Assembly (NCBI GenBank): GCA_951406725.2
Contig: OX597826.1
Coordinates: 496,001 to 560,000, forward strand
From: Octopus vulgaris
Taxonomy: Eukaryota
DNA: 64,000 bases
Reading direction: 5' to 3'
The notes beneath the pieces were generated by a model, which saw nothing but the letters and a program-made list of their open reading frames with translations, searched no databases and had not been told where the DNA came from. The translations under genes and the position numbers were made by a program. Numbering within the stretch: position 1 is the first letter of the stretch; every line of letters starts with the position of its first letter. This document shows positions 52,040 through 64,000 of the stretch, piece after piece.

Positions 52040-53620
52040 AGCCTAACTAGCAACCTAGCTATTATTATAGCCTCCTTTACTCCTTTAACAATAAAAAGCT
52101 AGACTTCTACGAAACTAAGAAGAATAACAATACTAACCATAACAACCAATCGATTGATATAATAAGCGATCCCCCAAATAACTCGCCCTCTGAAAATATG
52201 GACAACTACCTTATAAATGAGAATCTTACTAATCACAGATAATCATACTAATCTATGTGGTTGTAAAGATAAAAATACTTGTGAATTCAGGAATAAATGT
52301 AAAACTAAGAATGTAATCTACCAATGTGATGTATTCTCCAAAAATTACAAGAATATTTATATAGGAGCGACTAAAAATGAAATGAAACTTAGATATAATT
52401 CTCATCTCTCAAGTTTCAGAAATAGAAATAAGGCTAACTCTACAGGATTAAGCAGTTACATCTGGGAATTGAAACATAATAACATTAGTTATAGATTAGC
52501 ATGGCGCATCCTAGCCAAAACATCTTCATACAACCTTAAAAATAAACGCTGCAATTTATGCATAATGAGAAATTCTTCATTTTAATGGCCAAATCAGAAT
52601 TGCTTAATAAACGAGGCGAGGAAAACCCAGCATGCTTACATGAAGATAAATTCTTATTCTCTAAATACCGCTAAATACCTTAATACCTGTTTAATAGCTG
52701 TCTTGTCTAACCTCTGATTACCTTCCTTTGACCCTCCCCCTTACCACATAGCACGACATAATATCATAGACCACAATTATATTCAATTTACCTTGACTAA
52801 CTGAATTATTTATCTTAGATGCACGATATACACCCAAAGCTACATTTCTCTTTAATATATTCACATTAAAGTTAGATCACTGACTGACATACTAATTGCT
52901 TGTGCTGCCATTAACACATATACGATTAAACGAGCGATTGACCGTTTTCTAGCCGAGTTTATTTATTTAATTACATTAACGACCACACATAACAACACTT
53001 TATTAATTTATTGCACCTATTTACGTAACCCAGATTTATACCGTATGTCGCACTTAAACTTTTAAGAGCGTCCTTAATTTTTAACTGAGACATTATTTGT
53101 AATCAGAGGGACTTATCTAGTGGACTCAAAGAGCGTTATTTGTTACAATTAATGATACTGGATATTACTACCAAGTATAACTCTTTCGATTAACACCGCC
53201 GATCAACTAGTCATTTTCTCCACTTATTGCTCCATTCATCTACTTGAAGCAACTGTACACACACGTGCCATCATTTAAGGACGCAAAAATGTAAGCCTAA
53301 AGACCTAACGAACCTTTTCCTTTTTCTTTTCAATTTCTTTTTCGTTTCCTTTTCTTCCCGTGTTAACCTTCGATCTCCTGTCAATATTCCTCTGGTAAAA
53401 TTCAAATCATTCTGATAATGTTTGTTACATGGAATGAGATAAGCGCAAGTTTACCCCCAAAATAAATAAAAAATGAAACAGCTGTAAATGTTATCTTAAC
53501 CATAATTAAACTATGATTATTCAATACTAATGATCAACTTCTAATTGGTACATTTCTTCTCTTATCTTATCTTATATGAATATATTAAACCACGGTTTAC
53601 CCTTAAATTACCAACTACTG
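52040..53620 (+). mobile_element. PLE of a different lineage (GIY-YIG C-terminus, long 3' UTR, hammerhead)
   Basis: CGC...C...CKTKNVIYQC...IYIGAT...RYNSHLSSF...LSSYIWELK...RCNLC; hammerhead-like catt-CTGATAA...GAAA-cagctg-TA-aatg at 53408-53490. Confidence 0.8.
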
Positions 53621-53706
53621 TTGACCTTACAACAAGGCCTATACATAGTTAGGTAAAGCACCAGTAGTGCCAATGGATACATTTATTGATGGTGGAAATG
53701 AAGACA

Positions 53707-53906
53707 ATGGAAAATGTGGAAGCTATGAGACGGAGCCTTGTTTTACTCCTAATCTTACTTGAGATAATTCAGTATCACTGCTGTTGACTTGGACCCTTGC
53801 TCACATATGAGAGAAGCCGAAGGCGTCCGAACGTATTTACCAGGGCATCCATACATTGATATGACGTCCCACAGGTGTTTTCACGAAACTGAGTCAAAAA
53901 CCTTAG
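53707..53906 (+). pseudogene. Pseudogenised member of the short basic ORF family (copy D)
   Basis: MENVEAMRRSLVL vs MENDETIRTYLIS of copy A; *EKPKASERIYQGI...VFTKL vs WEQPKFSNPIRIGL...FFSRT of copy B; frameshift and TGA stops. Confidence 0.5.
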
Positions 53907-54252
53907 TAAGATAAATAAATGTCATGTACAAAGTTGAAGTTGTTCATGGCATTTCTTTTGCAATTGTCACATGGCGAAATTCATAATTCCTGATATTACG
54001 CCTGGTGGCAAAAGTATGCCTCCAGTTACCTATGACGAGTAACATTCTCTCGTGTATTTATAATTCATTTCATAAAGAAAATATAATCATATTTACTAAG
54101 TGGTAAAGAAGATTGTTTTTGAGCTACATAGTTTCGGTTTCCATCCCACTGCGTGGCACCTACAACAAGTCTATTCTTCAGGACAACCAATGCCTTGTGA
54201 TTGAATTTGGTAGATGGAAACCGTATGGAAACCGTATGGAAACCAGTATATA

Positions 54253-55479
54253 CAGGGTGCGGACGGTATTTGAGTACACATTCATGTTTAGTCGTTATTT
54301 TATTTGATTAATTTTTCAGAAAATAACAATGACAGGCCCTATGCTTACTAATAAAATGAAAAGGTATGCTGTGATTGTGGCTTTGAAGGCTGAGCATGGG
54401 GATTTAGAAAGTTTTAGTTTTCTGAAAGTTGCAAGATCTTTTCTCCACAAGATTCAGTGTGGGTTAGAGAAAGAAGATGGAAGCGTATTACCTGTATCAA
54501 AACGTAAAAGGCATTCTAAACGCTCTGATTCTATTAGGGCACCTGAATTTATTCAGAAAGTTAAGCAAAACATTGAAGACAATCCAGGTCAACTGAAAAA
54601 AGATTTCGTGTGTCAAAAAAAAAGCAATCTCAAGTGTTATGCATGAAGACATCAGATACACATGTGATGAGGAGAGGTCAATTCATGTCAGAAAAAAATC
54701 CCAAAGAAAACCATTTAATCAAATCCGAGAAACTTTTGAAACAATTTAGAAATCCATCAGAAGGTAGTGTGATTTGGTTTTTCTCAGATGAGAAAAACTT
54801 TGTCCAGAACCAGGAAACTAACAGAAGAAATGACAAATGGCTATGTGTAGACCCTTCTGAGGTCTAAGAGTAATGCACGCAAAATTTCCTACACGTATCA
54901 TGGTTTTGGGTGTTGTTAGCAATGAAGGACTTGTAATGCCTTCTCACTTTTTCCACAAGGTCTTTGGATGAATGCTGCTGCGTATATTGAGGTTCTGGGT
55001 AAAGTTGTTAAGCCTTGGATCAACAGTGCATGCAATGGAAGACCTTAGTTCTTTTAACAAGATTCTGCACCTTCACACAAGGCTGAAATGACACAAGAAT
55101 GGATGGTGGACAATTTGCATGACCACATCACACCCAACATTTGACCTCCTAATTCTCCAGATCTCAATCCACTGGACAACTATGTACGGACCATCGTTGA
55201 GAAAAATGTCAATGAACACCCCCATAGCACCAAAGATTCTTTGAAAGCCGCCATGGTTCGAGTTATGGCCGATATGAACAAAGACCACTTAATCCGAGCT
55301 TATAAACGATTTCGATCCCGCGTAGAGGCAGTTATTGATGCTTCTGGTGGTTTTATTGAAGGAAATTATAAAATTGATAATTTCGCTTTATGATTGTAAT
55401 CTTTATAAAAAATACGTTTTATTTTCTCTTATTATATAAGCGTATTTTTATAAACTATAAATCTGTCCTCTGCGCCATG
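54253..55479 (+). mobile_element. maT/DD37D Tc1-mariner element, degenerate; splits a SINE B
   Basis: FFSDEKNF, MVLGVVS, QDSAPSH...PPNSPDLNPLD (37 residues between the two D residues); TA-CAGGGTG TIR start and degenerate right TIR. Confidence 0.88.
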
Positions 55480-55859
55480 TATAAATATATGAGTGTGTGT
55501 GTGTATGTGTACGCGCGTGAGTGTGCATGTGTGTATGTATGTGCGTGCGTATGTGTGTGTATGAGTGTCTGTGTGTGTGCACGCGCGCGTTTGTCAAATC
55601 CCGTCGCTTGACAACCTTTCGTGCGGGTTCCCGTATCCGCCCGTTCAGCAAAAGAGACTGACAAAATAGGTACCAGCCAGTATCGCCACAGCTCCATGAC
55701 TGTAACAAATAAAAGAAAGATAAATGATTTATTCAAACTGATTTATTGACATCGCTTACCATTGGATCAAATACTACAAGGTATCCCATCAGACACTAGC
55801 AATTCCAGCACCTTGTCTCCATAACCTATTTTCTCGACCCTAAAAGATTGAAAGCAGTT

Positions 55860-56510
55860 AAATTGCTTCCAGGCCCCTTTTGGCAATGTGCCAAGAAACC
55901 GATGAGGACTCTTTAGGCAGACTTATCACACAGGATGAAACATGGGTCTATCATTATGATCCTGACACTAAAGTCCTGTCGAAGTATTAGAAGCATGATA
56001 ACTCACCACCTCCAAAGAAGGTTCGTGTCCAACCCTCAGCTGGCAAGGTGATGCTCAGTCTTTTGGAACCAGTACGGAGTAGAGATGATGGATGGTCTGG
56101 CAAAGCGAACCACAACTAACGAGGCATATTATGCTTCTCTGATGCAGAAATTTCCTGACGTTATCAAAGCAGAGAGGCGTAGCATGCTGACCAATGGAGT
56201 CGGCCTCCTCCAAGACGACACCCCGGCTCACAATGCGCATGTTGCCCAGATGAAAGCAAACTTCTGCAGCTATGAAATCTCTCTTCATCCCACTTACTCT
56301 CCTGACCTCGCACCATCTGACTTCCACCTCTTTCCAACCCTTAAGTCTTTTTTGAAGGGGAAGCACTTTTGGATGATGATGATGAACTTATTTCCGAGGT
56401 AAAGTTTTGGCTCCAGATGCAACCTACCGACGTCTAAAGGCGAGGTCTTCACAGCTGCATAATGTGATGGGAGAAGTGTGTCAGAGGAAATCTTTAAGGA
56501 GCACCCCTCG
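55860..56510 (+). mobile_element. mariner DD34D transposon 3' part
   Basis: ITQDETWVYHYDP, SAGKVM, QDDTPAH...YSPDLAPSD (34 spacing); TIR end CACCCCTCG followed by TA. Confidence 0.9.
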
Positions 56511-56856
56511 TACATATATGCATGTATGTATGTATGTATGTATGTATGTATGTATGTATGTATGTATGTATGTATGTATGTATGCATGCATGTATGTATG
56601 TATGTATGTATGTATGTATGTATTATGTATGTATGTATGTACATGCATACATACAATCCTACACACACACACATGCACACACACACATACACACACGCAC
56701 ACCTACACACGTACATGCAATGATGGAAAAACTCTGATGAACAAGACTTGCAAGAAAATGATACTGCAGCTTTCTGATGATGTCACATTAGCCACGTGAC
56801 CAAAACATACTACATCACAGAAATTCAAAACAATCAGATATTTGTTTGTTGACAAC

Positions 56857-57126
56857 ATGGATCGTGCTGACAAAATGTTTTTGTATTTACCTGACCATCT
56901 CGATAGGATTACCTCAAATAATATAATCCCAGTTCTTATCGCCATTACGATTCCGCGGTGGGAACAGCCGAAATTTTCGAATCCGATCCGAATAGGTTTG
57001 AAGAAAGCGGGGAAGAAGCTTCGGCGATTTTTTTCGCGTACAATATTAAGGTCGTCTCGTGTTAAGACTCTGAACAAACATGCTTTGCGGGAACAAGAAG
57101 TGGAAACTTTTACCTATTTAGTTTAA
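56857..57126 (+). CDS. Uncharacterised 89-aa single-exon basic protein (copy B)
   Basis: AACATGG start; paralogue of 46945; followed by ~1.5 kb of TE-poor AT-rich sequence with AATAAA signals. Confidence 0.65.
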   Translation: MDRADKMFLYLPDHLDRITSNNIIPVLIAITIPRWEQPKFSNPIRIGLKKAGKKLRRFFSRTILRSSRVKTLNKHALREQEVETFTYLV

Positions 57127-58236
57127 TATGAAAGTTTTTTTTTTAAATGACAGTAAAGAAATACTCCAAATATATTTATAGCTGCAGTTTGATGGCTCAA
57201 AGATTTTACGTCTGTTGTCAACCTTTCTATCAGCAGGAATGTAAAATGATATTGTTATCAAAATAAATTCGAAATCTCAATATGGAGATAAAAGAGACAT
57301 ACGTGAATTCCTGGAATAAAAAAACAAAGACATATACGCACAAACGCATATGCACGCACACAACCCATATAAAAGGACTTTAAAATAGCACAAACACATA
57401 CCACAAAAGAATAAGATATTTCTAATATTATATTAAGATTTCTTTATTTCATAATTTGAAAACATGTAAAATACTATAACCAAAAAAAAAATGCTGTTAA
57501 AAAAAATTACAATAAACATCTGTAAGGTAAATTTTAAATTACCTTTTGAAGATTGCAATACAATGTTTGTTAGAAGGAAAGGCACTTGGTACATTATGGT
57601 ACATTTTTACCAGCTGAAGCCAAAATCAAATAGGTCGTGTAATGGATTCTATTAACAAGGTTTTAAAAAAAATAAAACACTTGTACATTTATTATTATTA
57701 TTATTATGGGGAAAAGGGTGGTTTTGACGCTTATGCCTTTCCAATAGATATTAGCAATGTAAGTAAATGATTTTTCGTTTGCTTGCTTTTTTCTTTGTTT
57801 ATTTTTTATTTTGTTTTTTGTTTTTGTTTTTTAAATTTTATGTTCGGCAACAATTGCCACAACATTTACGAATATAGTCTTTTATGTAAATTAATTTATT
57901 AATGAATTAATTACTTAATTAAAACGACAACCAACAGAACCAACAGAATTTTCCGTGTGTGTGTGTGTTTGGTAAATATCTAATTAGAAGCTAATTATAT
58001 GAAAAAGATGGATAAGTGGAAATACTGTGTAAAAATGAGCGCCCATATATCTTTAATTATTTTTGTTTTTTAGAAAAAAATAACAAATTACAGATTTTCT
58101 TAAAACATTTTTGAATACGTCTAAATGAAAATTAAATAGTCTATGATGAATTTGTCACTGTAAGGCATTTTTCAAAATAAAGATGGCATTTAGTTTCCAT
58201 TCACATTAAGTGACAAATAAAATGAAAACGCCATTA

Positions 58237-58300
<64 letters not shown>

Positions 58301-58592
58301 TACTACTACTGCTACAACTACTTTTACTACTGCTACTATTATTCTGTGCCTCTGAATGAAAGTTTCAATTAGTTACATGGAACTGATACATTTTTCTATT
58401 GATTCGGTGTAAGAAACAACAACAACCACAAAACAAAAACAAAAATAAAAAAATCATAGATCAAAGTTTAGCAGAGTCGCTCGTAAAAAATATATTTATT
58501 CCCCCTTCCCGAATTATAATAATTAATAGGAACAGACATAAGAAAGCACATCAGGTTTGTTCACAGCTTTGCCACTTACAAATTATATATAT

Positions 58593-58635
<43 letters not shown>

Positions 58636-59103
58636 GTTTACTTTATAAAAGTTAAATGATATTTAGAGGAATAGCTTCTTTAAGATGAGTGCTGCTACCA
58701 AAGTGCCACAGATCACACTGCTGTGAGCAACAACGATGTTGGATCCACCTGGAAAGAAAGTTAAATACAATATCATTTAATATAGCAGTAATAGTAAATA
58801 TATATATGTATATATTTATATATATGTGCATATATATATATATATATATAATGAGGGAGATAAATTAATATTAATTTTAATATCAATTTAAAACTAGTAG
58901 TCCAGCATACAAAAAATCTGAGGAGTCAGAGAAAATTCTAATATATGTGTATATTGGCAGGGCTTACTGCTAGGGAGTCGGCCGTATGCTAGAAATAGAC
59001 CATCAACGATCAAACTACAAGGACATTCTCTAGAGGAAAAATACAGCGAACACCAGAACCAAATTTGGCGGGCATGACAGATGAAAATTTATATAAAAAA
59101 CAG

Positions 59104-59148
<45 letters not shown>

Positions 59149-59150
<2 letters not shown>

Positions 59151-59670
59151 ATAAATCCTCGAGTATAGTCCGCCCTTGAGTATAATACGCACGGATTTTT
59201 AGGGGGCTGTACCTCTGAAAAACCTAAACCTTGTGTATAGTACGAATTCCTTCACTTATTTGAGTCGTGCGTAATTAAGCTAGCACTACCTAGTCGGGCA
59301 GACACTTCCGAGCATGCGTAATAAAATAATGGTGATGTTCTTAACTATTATATGGGAATGTAAATACGTTTGCAAATTGTTTTTGTTACATGTTATTCTG
59401 TGTTCTGAATACTTTTATTTTAATAAATGTTGCTTACTGCAAGTTAAGGATGATTCTTTTATGACTTCATTGCTTTCAGGCTTAGCTTCAGGTATTTTCG
59501 TGCCCGACATCACAAGATGCGTCTAAATAAACATTGCCGGACAGCAAATAGAGACTCGGAATTTGCTTAGAAAAATACTTTTCATTTTAAGCCTCGTATA
59601 TAGTACGCACTAGGGATTCTGACATTTAAATTTTGGGAAAAATATGCGGATTATACTCGAGGATTTACGT
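59149..59670. mobile_element. MITE (pogo/Tigger-type TIRs)
   Basis: TIRs CCATAAATCCTCGAGTATAGTCCGC / GCGGATTATACTCGAGGATTTACG, flanked by TA; no ORF. Confidence 0.85.
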
Positions 59671-59960
59671 TATATATATATATATAATTAATATAGCAAT
59701 GGTTATGTCATGCTGATGATTTTTGAAAAGAATGAAATAGTGCTAAACATGATTGACGCTGACTAGAAATTTACAAACTTTATAATAAGCAACAAAAAAG
59801 CATATATTCTATTCTATGCATCTTTTACTATATTGCTGAAATTAAAATCGCTACCAAAAATGAAGAAATAATTAGCCCTATTGTATTAACTGAAGGCCAA
59901 GGGACTCCATATGTGTGTGCGTGTGTATGTGTTTGTGTGTGTGTATGTGTGTGTGCGTGT

Positions 59961-60002
<42 letters not shown>

Positions 60003-60657
60003 GAGAGAGTTAGTGTACAGGATCTCTTTTTCTTTTTAATTTACAGTAAATTTATACCGGCCACCTACTTAGTAGCAAGGTTCTGAAGGAAAGCATCTTG
60101 TTTTGTTCACCAAAGATCTTGCAAGATTTCATAGTCCCAAATACTGCAATCACTTATTGTAAATGAATTAATGATTTGCGCTTTGTCCCTATACTTAGTT
60201 CCATGTATGTATCTATATATGTATGTCATTCAGTAATCTTTCAAAATGTATTGTCAATACAAAAAGAGCCAATTTCTAGCCTAAATCCAAGGTTCCTTCA
60301 TTGGAATTCCAACATCAACAGCGTATATTTGCATGTATGTATATATATGTATAGTGTTAGGAGCGAGTGCCTGTACAGATTTGTATGTTTTGTTTCATGT
60401 AATGCTTTCTCATGCATATAGCTGCAGGTCTAGACAAACGCACATATACTAAAATGATAAACTTCTGGGAAGTTTTATAAACTTTTACAGTTTTAGTGAT
60501 CGCTTGGGTGTGTTGTCTTCGAATCAGCTTTCACCATTCTGGTTTTGAGAAACCTTAATTTCTGAAACCACTTATGCAGTGTATGTATGTAAGTATGCAC
60601 GTATGTACGTACCTATGTATGTATGTCTGTCTGCATGTATGTATGTATGTATGTATG

Positions 60658-60689
<32 letters not shown>

Positions 60690-60699
60690 AATGAGATTA

Positions 60700-60930
60700 A
60701 TATTGAAAGCGTTGCGAGAGTTTCTCGTTCCTTCTTTAAACGTTCTTTATGCACAAAAACATGTATGTCTCACAGCGGTATGAGATCGCACCAGCGTGGC
60801 CTTGTGAGCAAGACATACATGAACTTTTGGAATCTCATTCGGAAGACCAGTTTCAATGCAATGTCTGTCGACTGAGTAACTAGTCCTCTGAATCATGAGA
60901 TTCAAGGCCTTATTCGAAAATCTGTTGCTA
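60700..60930 (+). pseudogene. Degenerate C2H2 zinc-finger remnant
   Basis: SRSFFKRSL...HSGMRSHQRGLVSKTYMNFWNLIR, and HSEDQFQCNVCR in a shifted frame. Confidence 0.4.
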
Positions 60931-61115
60931 TCGTTCTATACTGTACATATCAGAAAAATAGTTAAAGCTTGTTTCATATTAATTTGTAATATTCAACCAC
61001 ATCATACTGTTGACAGAATCGGCAACTAGAGGTTAATGGGGCCCATTTTGATCGGCACTAGAAGAATGAAGTTGCCCGTATTTAAAAGTACATGGATTAC
61101 GTAAAAAGTACATAA

Positions 61116-61227
<112 letters not shown>

Positions 61228-62250
61228 TTATATATATATATATGCGACTGTATAAGTTAGAGGTTAAGAAACCATCTAAAGAATATTAAATATCCAATAT
61301 ACTACTTGATGTATACCTACTTATTTTTAACCAAGTGCTTACTATTGCATGTCAATATTATGCCAATTGAATACTAGTTATGGATGGGGTAAATTGAAAT
61401 TTGCCCAGGATTTATAAGGCAAATAAGAAAATGGAGAGGATATAAAATCGACAAACATCAGCCAGTAAACATTCTATACCTATTTATTATATGATAACAA
61501 AACATGTGTTTAAGTAGTACAAGTAAACGAATATGAGATCGGCCAATAATTACGTAAACAGATATACATATAGAGATGAATGAATAATACTAGATGAGTA
61601 TACAAATATAAATCCCTTACGGCCGTTTCTACCATGAGGCCTTAAAAGCTTCCAAGTCATCCTCATCACATCAGTGGTATACAGGGACGAACAAACGTTG
61701 GGCAGAGATTGGATAATGGTTGAACCGCAAGGCTTCTTCAGAGAGCACAAATGTTAGGAAACTAACATGTGGGAAATTCAGTAGGGTAAAATAAGATAAG
61801 ACAGAGTAAATAGGTAAAAATAAAAAATAATGTAATAGACATGGTAAGGAAAAGTAAGAACTTCATTTTAAGGTGTTATTATAATCCATTGTATTCCATC
61901 CTGTGATAAGTAAATAAGGTTACTCCCAGGAGATATATACCTAGGCTGCGGTTTACATCGTGTTTCCATTATACTGAGGGAAATAGTGAAGGTAGTATGT
62001 TATGCGGTGGATTTAATGGTATGGTCCAGGCAACAGGGATCAGAAGTTAGAAGCTAATCGATATTTAATAGATATAGTATAAGAAAGGAGTTGGCAGAAA
62101 TAACTTAAATTGAACCTGTTAAGGGAAAATTCATACGTAAGTACGGAAATGAAAGAAAAACTGTGTAAAACCTTAATGTATTCATGAATCAATATAGATG
62201 AAGCTAAGTCACCAGACAACTGGAGCCACATAGTTACAGCTACGGTTCAA

Positions 62251-62288
<38 letters not shown>

Positions 62289-62293
62289 GTATA

Positions 62294-62351
<58 letters not shown>

Positions 62352-62355
<4 letters not shown>

Positions 62356-63360
62356 ATGAGTAGGTCAATTCGGTAAACAACTGCTATGACCTACTTTGCT
62401 GGTTTGTACTCTGAAAGTCTGGGATATAAAGTTATTGTCCTTTGTTCTGCCAGATTCACGAAAGAGTAATGACTTTCGGAGAGACCTCTGCCATTTTTCC
62501 GATCAAAGAAGGGTCGAGGAAGCTACCCTTTAAAAGGCAGGGGCTGTGAGTCTGTGGGACAGTCGGCCGGCAGCTCTAGCCAGAGACGGGACTGATACCA
62601 GGGCAGTCGGTGGAGGAGGACAGACAGGGAATCTGGGGAGCTGACGAGCGAGAGAATGGCAGCGTAGAGGAAGACAGACAGATAGTATTACGGAGCGAGA
62701 GAGAGGGACTACGGTATGAGGGCACTTGGCTATTGTAGTAGCTCGTAACGGTATGCTTATTTATGTTTGATATGTGAAAAGAACTGTTACAGAATTGCGG
62801 AAAGCAAAGAAAGAACTGTGTAAAGACATTGTGAATTAAGTAAAAGAGTTGTTGAAAAGAAAGAAAGAAGGAGAAAGACTCTAACGTAGACTTTAAAGAA
62901 CTTTGAACTGTATCGTTAATGTGAACGTTATTTGTTTTAATTGATCTCTCTCGCTCCGTAATACTATCTGTCTGTCTTCCTCTACGCTGCCATTCTCTCA
63001 CTCGTCAGCTCCCCAGATCTGAACTGTATATTGTATCTGCATGCTTTAATTTGAATTGTTGTTTTCTTGCACGTATTTTCTTTGATTTATTTGATGTTGT
63101 AATAATTGTATAAACTGTTATTAAATGTAGCCAATTGCCTTCCGCCGTTTCTCTTTGTATCTCTTCCTGTTGTTGTTGTTGTTATCTCCGGTCACCGGTC
63201 CTGCCGGGTTCGCTGCCGCCTTTCCCCCACCGAGTTCACTCTCTCTGAGTTCCGTCGTGAGTTCGCCGATCGATCGGGCCGGTAAATCGTCGTCGCTCGA
63301 CTTGGTAGGGTCCCGGGTTTTCCCGAAGAGTTTGAGCGACGGCAGGTGGATTTCGTAACA
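62352..63360. mobile_element. Probable solo LTR within (TA)n
   Basis: TGATA...TAACA termini, TATA-like and ATTAAA signals, ~1 kb, no ORF; internal 74-bp inverted repeat. Confidence 0.6.
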
Positions 63361-63432
63361 ATATATATATATATAAGAGAGAGAGAGACTCTCGACATAT
63401 ATATATAGAGAGAGAGAGAGAGAAAGAGCTAT

Positions 63433-63625
63433 GATAGATCGCTAGCCACTACACATTCTTTGCTTTCTCTCCTTGTTTCTTTCTGTGTTCCTTTCTGTGG
63501 AAAAGAGTAGGCTCGAAACTTTAAAGACTTTTTCACTTCTTGAGCGTTATACTAATACATCTGTTTGTTGTCTACACCACCGGTCTTTGTCTTTTGTTTT
63601 GGTTTTTTTTTCGTGAATTCTCCCT
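63433..63625 (+). mobile_element. Short PLE-end-like element with a decayed variant hammerhead
   Basis: Same family as 31035-31215 and 42225-42430; the copy at 28286-28367 has lost the ribozyme segment. Confidence 0.6.
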
Positions 63626-63646
63626 ATATATGTATAAATACATACA

Positions 63647-63735
<89 letters not shown>

Positions 63736-63794
63736 ATATATGTATATATATATATATGTATGTATATATATATGTGTGTGTATGTACGTATATA

Positions 63795-63827
<33 letters not shown>

Positions 63828-64000
63828 GTGTGTATGTGTGTGTGTGTGTGCAGGTTTGTATGTTTTGCTTTATGTATGTATTCTCATGGTTGTACATCTA
63901 GACAAGCTCATATATACTTAATTGATAAACTTCTGGAAAGTTTTACAGATTTTTACAGTTCCAGTGATGGAACTGTAAGTCTTCCAATTAGCTTTCTCCT

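Overview
Repeat-saturated animal genomic DNA. The SINE families and the density of (TA)n/(CA)n/(TAA)n/(TAG)n microsatellites point to an octopus genome (inference). Most of the window is mobile DNA: three tRNA-headed SINE families; LINEs (CR1/L2-type fragments, an RTE, a near full-length Tx1/L1, three Dong/R4 pieces in TAA repeats); three Penelope-like element (PLE) remnants; mariner, maT (DD37D) and Merlin remnants; a MITE; and a solo LTR. Three things are not explained by the ORF track. (1) A spliced gene for a small secreted, probably GPI-anchored Cys-containing protein (exons at 13834, 19645, 20727, 23617; exon 3 looks damaged). (2) A + strand tandem family of short single-exon basic ORFs (46945 and 56857, a pseudogene at 53707, a possible copy at 32865) with a conserved upstream element. 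(3) About ten minimal type I hammerhead ribozyme motifs in several unrelated small non-coding elements, including a tRNA-headed SINE-like element with a hammerhead tail and an inverted terminal copy, and families with non-canonical catalytic cores. Coordinates were read by eye and may be off by a few bases. No database searches were possible.
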